Source: the human T2T-CHM13v2.0 reference genome, Homo sapiens
Reading direction: 5' to 3' (one strand)
Length of the DNA: 64,000 nucleotides
NCBI RefSeq assembly: GCF_009914755.1
Contig: NC_060925.1
Shown here: piece by piece, positions 51,735-64,000 of the stretch
Layout of the letters: every line of letters starts with the position of its first letter
Numbering within the stretch: position 1 is the first letter of the stretch
Made by a program: the position numbers and the translations under genes
Notes under the pieces: model-generated
The model's input: the letters and a program-made list of their open reading frames with translations, nothing else
What the model was told of the DNA's origin: nothing
Database searches by the model: none

Positions 51735-52468
51735 GCCTGCGCCGCGCGGGCAGGCACCTGTGCGACCTGTGCCCCGGACCTGCGGCGCCGCCCTCGAGCG
51801 CCCCACCTCTGCCCCCCACCCTGGCTTGGAGCACACCCTGCGCCTCTCGTCGTGGCCTCCTGGACTCAAACTCCTGCTACATCCTTCTCCGTCCCCCATC
51901 CCTGGGGAGGCTCCCACCATCTCGCCACTGGACAGAAGCGTCCCCTTTGACCTGCCAGCCTCTCATTTCTTCTCCCTCCACTTGTGAGCGCCCCCAGCTT
52001 TGCGGCGCCCCCCACCCCAGCGCTGTCTGTGGGTCCCTTGCCCCGGAGCTGACTCGCCTCCAGTGAGTCCATACCCCAGGTTTCCTGGTGAGTTCCAAGC
52101 CTTTGGAAGCCAGATCTGTGATCCCAAGCCGCCTCCTCCACCGACTGTACTTCATCAACCTTCTCTCATGTTTTTCCGACACTCCTGGGTCAGACTCCTG
52201 GGTTCATGACTTACTTGCTAGCGTCCCTTCATTTTCCCACAAGTTTGCCCCCCACCTCCACTTACCTGTCTGCCCTCAGCTTCTTCCTGGGAGAGAGCCC
52301 CCCTTTCACGTAGACACACCTGGCTGCCTTCTTCACGCCCTGAGGACACTTCTTGGAGATTTCAGACAGGCAGCACCAGGGCTCCTGACTGAAAGGGGAG
52401 TTGGTGGGCCTTTAGGTCTGCCCCATCCCCTGGAAAACTTAGGACTTATTGGGTTATTATTATTTTTA

Positions 52469-52489
52469 ATTAAAGCTGGTTTAATTAAA
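52469..52489 (+). terminator. FOXE3 poly(A) signals (ATTAAA x2)
   Basis: ATTAAA 52469-52474 and 52484-52489, then T-rich/GT-rich tract 52501-52530. Confidence 0.7.
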
Positions 52490-53049
52490 AAGAAAGAAAC
52501 TTTTTTCTGGACTTGGTGTGCTGGCTGGTGACTTGGGGGAGTGGTCTGGGGAGACGGGTGAGCTTTATTCTAGATCTTGGGTTGCCACATGGGGTGAACC
52601 TCCTTGTGAGACATCAATCAGAAGTTCATGAAATGGGATTAGGAAGTGATTCTCCAGCAGGATTAGTGGCTAACACAATTTTGTTTTAAAAAGGAAGTGA
52701 TTCAGCCATAGCTGTGCACATAGTAGGCCTAGTCAAATGCCATCTCCTGCATCTCAGCCTGGTAGAGACGAGATGGGCTGGGCATGTGTGTGTACACACT
52801 TGTGTGAATGTATCTGAGCAGCAGGTTGTCTGCTCTCTGGGATTATTCCCAGCTCCCATGGATAAAGGAGCACTGGCCGTTGATTCACTCCTCCAGTTAG
52901 TTAATGTGCTGAGCCTGTGCTAGACACTGGGGAAATATTACTGAATGAATGGGCAAAATCCCTGCCTCATGGAGGTTGTGGGCCAGTGGGAAGAGTCATT
53001 AATCCAACCATCAACGCTCAGAGAAATAAGATAAGTGCTCTACAGCCTT

Positions 53050-53330
53050 GCACTCAAAGTGTGGTCCACAGACCTACAACATCACCTGGGAGCTTGTTAG
53101 AAATGCAGAATCTGGCAGGACGTGCTGGCTCATGCCTGTAGTCCCAGCATTTTGGGAGGCCAAGGCAGGAGGATCGGTTGAGGCCAGGAGTTTGGGATCA
53201 GCCTGGCCTAACGTAGTGAGACCTCATTTAAGTAAATAAATAGAAATGCAGGATCTTGGCCCCACTCAGACTCACTGAATCATCAGATTCTGCATTTTAG
53301 CAAAATTCCCAGGTGACTAGTATGCATAGT
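53050..53330 (+). mobile_element. MER5A-like DNA transposon with inserted FLAM/Alu monomer (~53115-53240)
   Basis: ctcaaagtgtggtcc...atcacctgggagcttgttagaaatgcag...ctgcattttagcaaaattcccaggtga; TSD agaaatgcag.atct. Confidence 0.75.
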
Positions 53331-54609
53331 ATTCTGGAGGAAAGGCGCTGGCCTCAGGCAAGGGGCTCGGCCTAAAAGATTACGCTCTCTACTATAAAGA
53401 TTGAGGCCAGGTCACAGAACCACACCCCACCCACTCTGAACTTCCAGGCACTGCACCATTGGCTATGCCCCCTGTCTTACCTCCCCTGCTGGATTGTAAG
53501 ATAGGGCAGAAGGGATCTGAGCTGATTCCTGACTGTCCCCAGCACCAAGGACAGGGTAGCACTGAGCAGAGACTCTGAGGTGTGAGGGAGGGAGTTGGCC
53601 TTTGACCCTGTCCTGCTGTCTGGTGCTGACCCAAATGCTAAGCATCAGGCTTTTTCAAGCTCCCCCACCCCAGGGCTCCCAGTCTAGTTGAGCCTGAATT
53701 AGGGGTAGGAGAAGATGGGGGAGGTAGTCCCCCATCTTGAACCCAGGGTGAGTGTGATTTGCGTGCAGGACGTGCAGGATGTGCCTCTCTTGGATACCAG
53801 AGTTTGAAGCTCTGGGGTGGTGATGGAAGATGAGGGTGGACAATGGGCCGCCCATAGAGGAGAAAGTATGAAAATCTGAGAAGGCCAGGAAGGCCCTCTT
53901 TGAGGGGAGGGCAGTAGGTTTACACAGTATGGTAGGAAGTGACCTGGATAGACCCCCTCCACCAGCTATTAGCCCCTTTGAGCAAGGGTCAGATCTGATT
54001 TGCCTGATGCACAGCAGTCCTTCACTTAACATATTTTGACTGCTCGAGGGCATGAATCCCTGCTGTCTGATACTGTGCCTGACTTACAGAATAATGACTG
54101 AGTGGACAGTACTTTGACTTTGGCACCTTCTTATCCACTGGCAATCCTCATAGTGACCTATAGAAAGGGTGAAAGAGGTGAAGGTGGAGGCTATTTCCCA
54201 ACTTCTAAGTTTAGTAAACTGCCCCTCCCTAGCCCCAGCAGGTAGCAAAAGATCCGGCCCTCGGTTCTCTAGGAAGTCGAGCTCCGTAAAGATCAAAATG
54301 CGAACTTGCTTTTGCTCCAAACGGTATTATAGCCCCTCCTCCTGCCTCAGAGCCTCTGTTGATAAATTCTTTCCTAGTCTAAGAAATCCCAGGGAAGGAA
54401 AGGACTCTTCTCGCTCTCCTGAAGCCAGGAACTGCTTCCTGAGCTCTGAATTCAATTCTTGCTACTACCCTGCAGGTCTCGGTCCCAGGATCTTGGAACA
54501 CTTCGAGGACAGGTAGAAAATATCTGTAGGGAAATACTAGGAGGGTCACCCTTGAACTGGAAAATCAGATTTTTATTTTTTAAATGCTTCCTTAATTTTC
54601 CTTTATTCA

Positions 54610-54954
<345 letters not shown>

Positions 54955-56485
54955 TTATAGTGGTATCTTGCACCACTCTCAGGATCTCTGCTTTGTTCCA
55001 TACAAAAATCCGCTTTCAATTATTTCTTTCTCTTGAAATATACTTCCATATTTCCATGCTTCTACTCATCTCTCTTGAAACAGTAACGATTAACTTCCTA
55101 TTATGATAGATGAACATTTACCTCTAAAATCTCTTATCTCCTTCCATTCCCCCTCAAATTACCAACTTTCGTTTAAATAAAGTTTTAGCATTTACATCGT
55201 TACTATGTAAATATTGTTCTGTGATAAGCTACTAGTGTACTACAATTATAATTCCTTTTGTGTGTGTGTGCAACCTTTTATTTTACCTGGACTTAATACT
55301 GCCTTATTTTTTCATTTGTTCAACTTCCTTTGCACCTACAAAGGTACAAAGCTAAATCTATGGGAAGCTAAATCTTCCCATACCTTCCAGTAACACTGTG
55401 GTACAGCTTTTCATGAGATGAGGTCAAACTTACCAGGAAACCTATAATTGCTTTTGGTGGTTGTGCTTTTCCCTTCCTGGGGCATCTCTCCCAGAACCCT
55501 CCAACCTTCTGCTCATCTGGACTGATGGTGCTCCAGGTCGGCTGAACAGAGCTGGATCTGGAAATTCCCTTCACCATTACCTTGGGAATTCTGTGTCCTG
55601 TTTTGGATCTTCTACTTCCTGATATCCCTATCTTCCCTTTTTTCTTAGTTTATTCCCTTTTTTCAGTCGAGGTAAAATTTTTTGGAAACTTTGCACATCT
55701 GAAATTGTTTTAGCATGAGAAGCTAAGCAGGCATTTGACAATGAAATATTTGCGTCAATGCTATGCTTCTCTGTAGACCTTTTTTTTTGGAGGGAATCAG
55801 AGAATGGGAGATATTTTCTCAGCTTAGTATGCTTTACCTGTAGGGAAGCAGGGAAGGTGGTGGAGTATTATGGAAATGAGGGGTTAAGAGTTTTGGCAGG
55901 AGGACAGGGCAGGAGAACTCTGGAGATTTCCTTACAGGAGAAGGAAACCTGAGAGGAGAAGCCCTGAGACGGGTGACTTCCTGACTTAGAGGGAATTGGA
56001 ACACAGGGAGGGTAGCTTTGGGCCCAGGATGGTGCTGAGCTGGTTTGAGGGCCTCCTGGATCCATTTAAGAAGGAAGCCAACATTACCCTGGCACATGGA
56101 AAATTGAGTACATAGGAAAGTGACACCCTTGGCAGTGACACTGGCAAACATGGTAACAGAGAGGCTCCTTCAAGAGAGCCCTCCACTGTAGTGACTGGAT
56201 TGGTTTTGAGCCCAAGTGTATTACCTCTCTGGGAGATCCTAGAAGTATGGGGGTGAGGGGATTTTGCACGATACAGGTTATTGTGGTTTACTTTTAAAGG
56301 GAAAGAATTCTGTGGACTTCCAGTACTGACTTTAATTTTTTTATTATAATGTCAGTATTTGCAGGTATAAATTCTTTAGACTTGTATTTCTTATGTGATT
56401 GTTAAAATTGTTTATAAATTAAATTCAAACAATGAAATAAAAATTCAAGTGCATAACATTAGTCAAATGTAAAAGAATATATTGT

Positions 56486-56827
<342 letters not shown>

Positions 56828-56929
56828 CTACATCACTTGCTCCGTGAATGTGGCTCTGACTTCTCCATAGCAGGTTTTCTGGGTTTGTCATTCCTCGGGC
56901 CATGTGATGACTAAAGTCACCATTTTTAA

Positions 56930-57117
<188 letters not shown>

Positions 57118-57396
57118 TGAACTGCAGGCATTCCTTCATGTAGCAGGCCATGATACCAATGGGCCCAAATACAGCATATATGTATAAAATCTACATTGTT
57201 TTTTTGCCTCATCTCAAGATTAAAGTAGCATTACCTGATAATAAATGGAAATAAAGACTTCAAGTATTAGGTATCTCTTACAAGGAAGTCATCTAAGTGA
57301 TCCAGAATATGCTTATATGAATGTGCTTATTATAGCGAAAAAAACCAACATTCAAAAAGTTTTATAAATTCCCACATGAATAAGAATATATTCTTG

Positions 57397-57688
<292 letters not shown>

Positions 57689-58247
57689 GTATATATTCTT
57701 GGACCATACTTCAAACTAAGCAATTAAACATTTTAAAACATTTATCTAAATAAATAACTCTTTGGTTAGAAGAAAGTTGTCATTACAGACTATTTATAAA
57801 TTAATAAAGGTAAGAACAGTACATATTAAAATCTAAAGAATGTAGTCAAACTTGTGCTCAGAGGAAATTTCATAGCCCTAAATATGTCACGGACACAGAG
57901 TTAGAGGGGCCCTGGGGTGGGGTAGGGAGACCAGTTACAAGGCTACTGCAGCATCCAGGCAGGAAAGGGTGGTGGTTTGGTAGAGGTGGAGGTGCAAGTG
58001 GAAAAAAGTAGATATGCAAAGCTATATAGAAAGAATCAGCCATTGGCTAACATCATCCTAATCTACCAAGGCCAAACGCTTTCCCATTTAATCATAGCCT
58101 CAGGCCAACCCTGAAAGCTTGGAGTGGTCATTTTGCTGGTAGTCACCGCTGATCTGGCTTGCCTAATTTAAAGAGTAACTAATTTCAATACACCTATTAG
58201 CCCAGAAGGAACAGACAACATTGTCAGAGATGGTTCCTCCACTGCTC

Positions 58248-58261
58248 CCACCAGAGGGCAC
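58248..58261 (+). promoter_or_regulatory. CTCF motif
   Basis: CCACCAGAGGGCAC matches CCASYAGRKGGCRS. Confidence 0.55.
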
Positions 58262-58993
58262 CTAGGTTAGCTGTTTTTTTCCTGTGAATTCTGTCAAACC
58301 ATTGAGGAACCTATTTCTCTAGTTACATAAATTGCTCCAGAACACAGAAAAAATGGAAGTCATCCCAATTCTACGGACTATGTTATCTAATTATGTTATC
58401 AAAACCTGATAAAGGAATACACAAAATATAGCCTAATCTCACATATGAAAGATGATGCAAAACTTGTCAGCAATATATCAGCAAATTAAACTTAGTAATG
58501 TATTACAAAAAAAATATGCAATCGTGCAGTTTATTCCTGGAATGCAAAGATGGCATTCTTAGAATTATTTGCTCCCCATTGTAGGAACTGTGCATCATCA
58601 CCTTTATAGATGATGAAAATCAGGCTCAGAAAGGTTAAGTGACTTACCCAGGTCAAGCTGCAAAGTGACTGACCCAGGACTTGCTTCCAGGTCTGCCTGG
58701 CTTCAAAGTCATTCTCCTTTCTCTCAGGAAGAAACAAGTGGAGGTGGAAACTTGGATGAAAAGCCCCAGGCACCAATAAAATTATTCAGTTCACCCTAAT
58801 ATCCTCCTCCCCTACACCCGCACCCACTGTCCCGATCTTGAAAAGAGCCTTTCCAGCCGTGATGACAGGTCTTTGGTTTCCTCTTTTTTTGTCTGTCTTC
58901 CACTCCCCACACCCTTTTCACACCCGAATACTCCTCTCTCTCCCCTTTCCCTCTTTCTAATCTCCTTTCTCCCATCAATTTTTGGAGATAAAA

Positions 58994-59009
58994 GCGCCAC
59001 CTATTGGCC
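58994..59009 (-). promoter_or_regulatory. CTCF motif
   Basis: minus strand GGCCAATAGGTGGCGC, one mismatch to core consensus. Confidence 0.55.
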
Positions 59010-60627
59010 ACCTCGTGTGCACCTGATTTGAGCAGGAAATCACTGGAATGAAGTCAGGATCCATTTGGATGCTATTTTGGGCTGGCAGGAGCCCCTGGTG
59101 GCTGAAAGGCACTTGCTCCAGCAGGGAAACCAATTGTTTGGTGCAGAAGAGGAAAACTAGCTGCAGTTCCCACCTCCTCTAGAAAACCCTCCCAGATCTT
59201 TCACCCTCCCCACTTCCTCTTGACAGGCTTTGGTAGTTGCTCCACTGCAAATGGAATTGGAATGGGTGTGAGGTTGGTGGCCCTAGGTGCAGACAATTTA
59301 TCTACTCTGTAAGAGGGAGACAGAGGAAAGGGGGCTGGGCTGGAGGCAGAAAACCTGGGGTCTAGTCTCAGGTCAAACACTTAGGCAAGTCCTTTACTTT
59401 CTCTGCACTTCATAGCAATTACTGCCTCTCCCCAAGTCCCTTGATTGTGCCAGGTCCTGTGCTCTTTCCCAGCTGAGGACTCAGAGATGTATCAGACACT
59501 GTCCCCGCTCAGAGAGCTCAAATATTGGCAGATGACAATATAGTATGTAGAATGCTTTATGAGATGAGGGGTTGCTAGGTCTCCTTGGTCACTCACCAAT
59601 TCCAGCCTCTATCCTGACTCAGCCTCAGTCTACCTCGAAATAGAGAATGTGCCCGATCCTCTCTGTCTGGGTAGGGATGGCCTTTGTGACTGCTAAAGCA
59701 TTGTGATGATGGGTGAGGATTTTCTACCCTGCCTGACTGGGGCTTCCCAGACAGCGCCTGTGTCTTCTCTGTTCCACTATGTCCCTCACTGGGCAGCCTG
59801 GCCAGAGCTGGGCATACTGCAGCTTTGGTTTGAACTGCCCTTATCTGGAGGCTGGACTTGGGGTTTAGGGAGTTGATGAGACTTAGAGACAAGAGGCCTG
59901 GACCCTGCTTGAGGGAGACACAGGTCCCACCCTGGGCATCAGTCTGTCTCCCTTGAGTTATGAAGGGGCTGGGGTTTTGTGGGCTTCACAAAGGAATGCT
60001 TCCTGAAGGTGGTGGGTTGGAGTTCTGAAAGGAGGGAGGGGAGGGCCTGCTGCTCCTGTTCCTGTGAAATCCCTTCTTCCTCTATCCATCCTAACCCCTG
60101 TCCAGCTGGCAGACTTTCAAAGTAATTTAGATGGGATGAACAGAGGGAGGGAGCCAAAGACAGAGGGATGGGAACAGAACAGGAAGGAGGAAAGGCAGAA
60201 AATCTGGGGTCCTAGCTAGCAGACTCAACTGCTTCCCTGTCTGATGGGCAGGCAGATGATACTCACAGGCACCTCACATGTCTGGCTTCACGTCCCTTGC
60301 TTTCAACATTCATAGCCACCAACCATATTTTCAAGTTGGAGCCCATAAAAAGTGTTCAGCCCATAGTAATGGTTTTTATTCTTATGTTCTGCACACTCAG
60401 TCTTAGTTATTGAAATAATCCAACTGTTTCTTTTAAAGTTTTTATTTAATTGTTGAATAAGTAATACATTCACTTCACTTTACAAATATAAAAAAGTCAT
60501 CCATGAAGTCTCCCATTTGTTTCCAATTTGCCCTAGTGTATAATCAGTTACTAGATTTTTATTCATCCTTCTAGATATTTTTGTTTCATACGTAAACCAA
60601 TACAAGTATACATTATTTTCTCCTTGA

Positions 60628-61008
<381 letters not shown>

Positions 61009-62859
61009 ACGTATCTTGGTGCTTTCTCCAGCTGAGTACATAAAGAACTTCTATATTCTACTTTTACAGTATACTGGTCCCTTTTTCAGATGTTTCATTA
61101 TTTGCTTAACCTGTCCTTGATAGACATTTATGTTGTTTCCAACCTTTTGACATTCCGAACAGCACCACAATGTGACTTTGTACATATGTCATACCATATG
61201 TGTGCAGGTACACCAGCAGGAGAAATCCCTGGAAGTGGATTTCCATGCAGCCTTTGTCAAGGCACTACGTCCCCTGTGTGGTCACACTGGCTCCTTTCAA
61301 CAGCAGTCCTCTTTTATTTCTCAAAGGGACCCTTGATGACCACAGTCAGATTTTCACCTTCTCAAACCCGACTGCCTTCTTCTCCAGGGCCTTTCCATCA
61401 GTCTGCCACCAGTCCCTTCACAAGGTATCCTGGCCTCTGGATTTGGGAAGCATGGGTACTTGCCATGCCCACCCTGGGGTGTGCTGTGCCGTGGCTGTCA
61501 ATCCATTCAGGGTGGTGGCTCCTTTTCCTTTTTAGCCCCCAAATCCTGGGCATCCATGGCAGGTATAGGGAACCAGCTTTTTGGACCTCCACCATTCAGG
61601 CCTCCAGGCTTCCTGCCAAATGGTGCTGTCTCCCCATCTGGGTCCCCAGTTGTGACTCCTTTCTTCTGACCATAGGATAATGCTGTAAGATCTGCTCCAC
61701 TACTGTTTCAGATTTCCCATTTCATTGCCTCTAGTCCCCCAGATATGAGTGGCCCCAACTTTGAAGGAAGGTGTGGATGAGGAAAGATCACACAGAGCCC
61801 CTGTGAGAGGTGTTCATGTAACTAATGGGGAGTCAAATTTCAAGGCTGGAAATGAGGCCCTTGGCAGACTGGGAACCTCTGGGTTGCCCAGGCCTGTGAT
61901 GTCAGCTCATGTAGCAGTTGTCACCATTTTGGGCTGACCTAGGCAGAGGATGAGGAGTAGCCTGTTCCAGCAGACCTTGAGGGGGCTGGGCAGGGCAAGG
62001 CCAGGCAGTAACATGATGATTATTGTTGTGATAGGTATGGCACAGTAGTTAAGAGCCCTGATTCTAGACCCAGATTGTCTGTGATGGAGATACACTTCTC
62101 ATATGTTGGATGAGGAAACTGAGGCCTTGGAAGAGGCGGGGGCATGCTTGAGGTCACATAGGAAGTCAGGGAGAAGACAGAGAGTAGGGCCCAGGCCTCT
62201 TGGCTCAGGCCCCACTGTTCCTCTGCAGTTGCAGGAACAAACCAGTGGGTAATGCATTTTCATGGCAGGATGGAGGTGTCCCTGAACATGTCAAGGTTGG
62301 AGAGGAGGGCAAGGCACCTCACTGAGACATCCTGATCCATGACGGGCTCCAGCTAGAGCACTAGGTCTCAGGAGTCCCCATGAGGTAGCAGGATAAGAAA
62401 TTTCCCTAGTCCGTTTCCAACCCAGCTATCTGGATGCTTTACAAATGAGGAAATGCAGGCTTACAGAGATTATTTGTCTGAGACTAATAAGTGGTAAGAG
62501 CGTAATTTGAACCCAGCTCTAAGACCTGAACTCTTCTTGCTACACCTGGGTGCCTCTATGATTCATACTCAGTGATTACCCAGCCTCCACTCTAGCACTT
62601 CCAGTGACAAGGAACTCAGAGCCACCGAGGTAATCTACTACATCTCAGAGACAGCCCTGTTAGAATGTTCTCCTTGCATGGAGACACAGAAAGTGAGGCT
62701 TTTTACCCCTTTCTGGCTCTCTTTTGCCTTGGTCTCTCTGCCCCAGATGAGCCCTGTGGAGATTGGGAGATGCTGGCTGTGTTAAGCCTTTATTCTCCAG
62801 GCTAATTACCTCAGACCTTTCTTTCGTGTTTATAGGACATTTTCTCAAACTTTCGTGCA

Positions 62860-63620
62860 TTAAGCAGGGTTAGGTTCAGTTGTGAATGACAGACTGGCCC
62901 CCCCAATCCCACATCAGTGGTCTAAACAAGACCAAAGTTTATTTCTCTTTTACATAACAGTCAGTGCAGGCAGTTCAGGGTGGTATGGCAGTTCAGTGGT
63001 CTCAGAGACCCAGGATTCTTCTCTTTTGTGGCTAGGCTATTTGTGAAATTCAACTCAACTAGCAGAAATCCACCTCAACCTAGCTTAGCAAAAGGGGAGA
63101 TTTCTTTCTTTTTGAATGTCTGGAAAGTCTAGGGGTTCCAGTTTCAGGCAGAGCTGGATCCAGGGACTCAAACACTATTTTTAAGTCTCTTTCTCTCTTT
63201 AGGCTGTTTTCCTCTGTGTGTGGGCTTTGATGTCAAACAGCACTCTCCATGTGGCAGGGAGATGGCTTCTGACAGCTAAGCCTGTGTGCTTGTCTTCTGA
63301 TCCAAAAGGAGAGGTGCTCCTCCCAGAGTCCCAGAGTGCCAGTCCCATGGTCTATATAGTCCCAAATCTCAGAGTCCATATGTCAAATCATGTAGAAGGG
63401 GTGACTGGCTACTTAGGTCACTTACCACTGCCTGGACCAATCACTGGGCCTTGAACTTGCAATGGTATGTATGACCCAGTTGGTTGCCTGTCTGCTCCTG
63501 GGGAGTAATTGTGAGGGGAACAAATTGGATAGCCCCGTCAGGACCACATGGAACACAGGAGGGAAGGTTTCCTTCAACAGAGGGCCGAGACATGCAAAAA
63601 CTGTAAGCATGTTCAGCTCA
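62860..63620 (-). mobile_element. Old MaLR LTR fragments (MLT1J/K-like)
   Basis: cagtggtctaaacaagaccaaagtttatttctc; ttcaggcagagctggatccagggactcaaac. Confidence 0.5.
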
Positions 63621-64000
63621 TCATGCCAGGGAAACTGCATTTTGTCTTACAAGCAATGTGGAGCCCCTGGAAGACTTTGGCAGGGCTCAGTCTGGAAGCT
63701 GGTTTGATTTGTCACAACCATTTTAAAAGGAGGAAACTGAGGCAGAGAGAACAACAGACAAATCCAATGACTGCTACAGCCAGAAACCACGGATAAACTC
63801 TGTCTGAGAGGGAGACATGTTCTCCTCCCCTCAAAGATGGGGACTGATGGGAGAGAAGCAACCTCTGTTCTTAGTGAACACGTAGTTCTATTGATGATCT
63901 GAGCTACAACCTCTGTTCCCAGTGAATACAGAATTCCATTGATGATTTACTGATGAACTCCCTAGAGTTCTATAGGGAGTCCCAGAGAGAGAGATATGCC

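Noticed and set aside
61090-61680. 196-aa ORF
   Set aside because: Starts in old L1-derived sequence, Trp/Ser/Pro-rich random composition, no domain or splice support

Overview
Human (or near-identical great-ape) genomic DNA, recognisable as the chr1p33 CMPK1-FOXE3 interval. The first ~13.3 kb holds the last five coding exons (2-6) and the ~2.1 kb 3'UTR of CMPK1 (UMP-CMP kinase, + strand). The intronless lens forkhead gene FOXE3 (319 aa, + strand, CpG island, TATA box) lies at 50775-51734. A minus-strand terminal exon (strong acceptor plus AATAAA) at ~15257-15605 fits the 3' end of the antisense lncRNA I recall as LINC01389. The rest is Alu-dense (~45 copies or fragments) with L1, L2, MIR, MaLR/ERV1 LTRs and hAT transposon relics. 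Nearly all other ORFs in the track are Alu-derived or GC-rich artefacts. I see no evidence for a new protein-coding system. The best leads are regulatory or RNA-level: a bicoid (OTX2/PITX3) + RBPJ motif cluster 3-4 kb upstream of FOXE3; competing FOXE3 start codons and an overlapping uORF; open 3'UTR frames matching dominant FOXE3 extension alleles; a double palindromic poly(A) signal; a recursive-splice-like site, a poison acceptor and stop-free circRNA potential in CMPK1; a head-to-head MLT1 palindrome; and several unusual retrotransposon junctions. Repeat boundaries and subfamily names are by-eye estimates.
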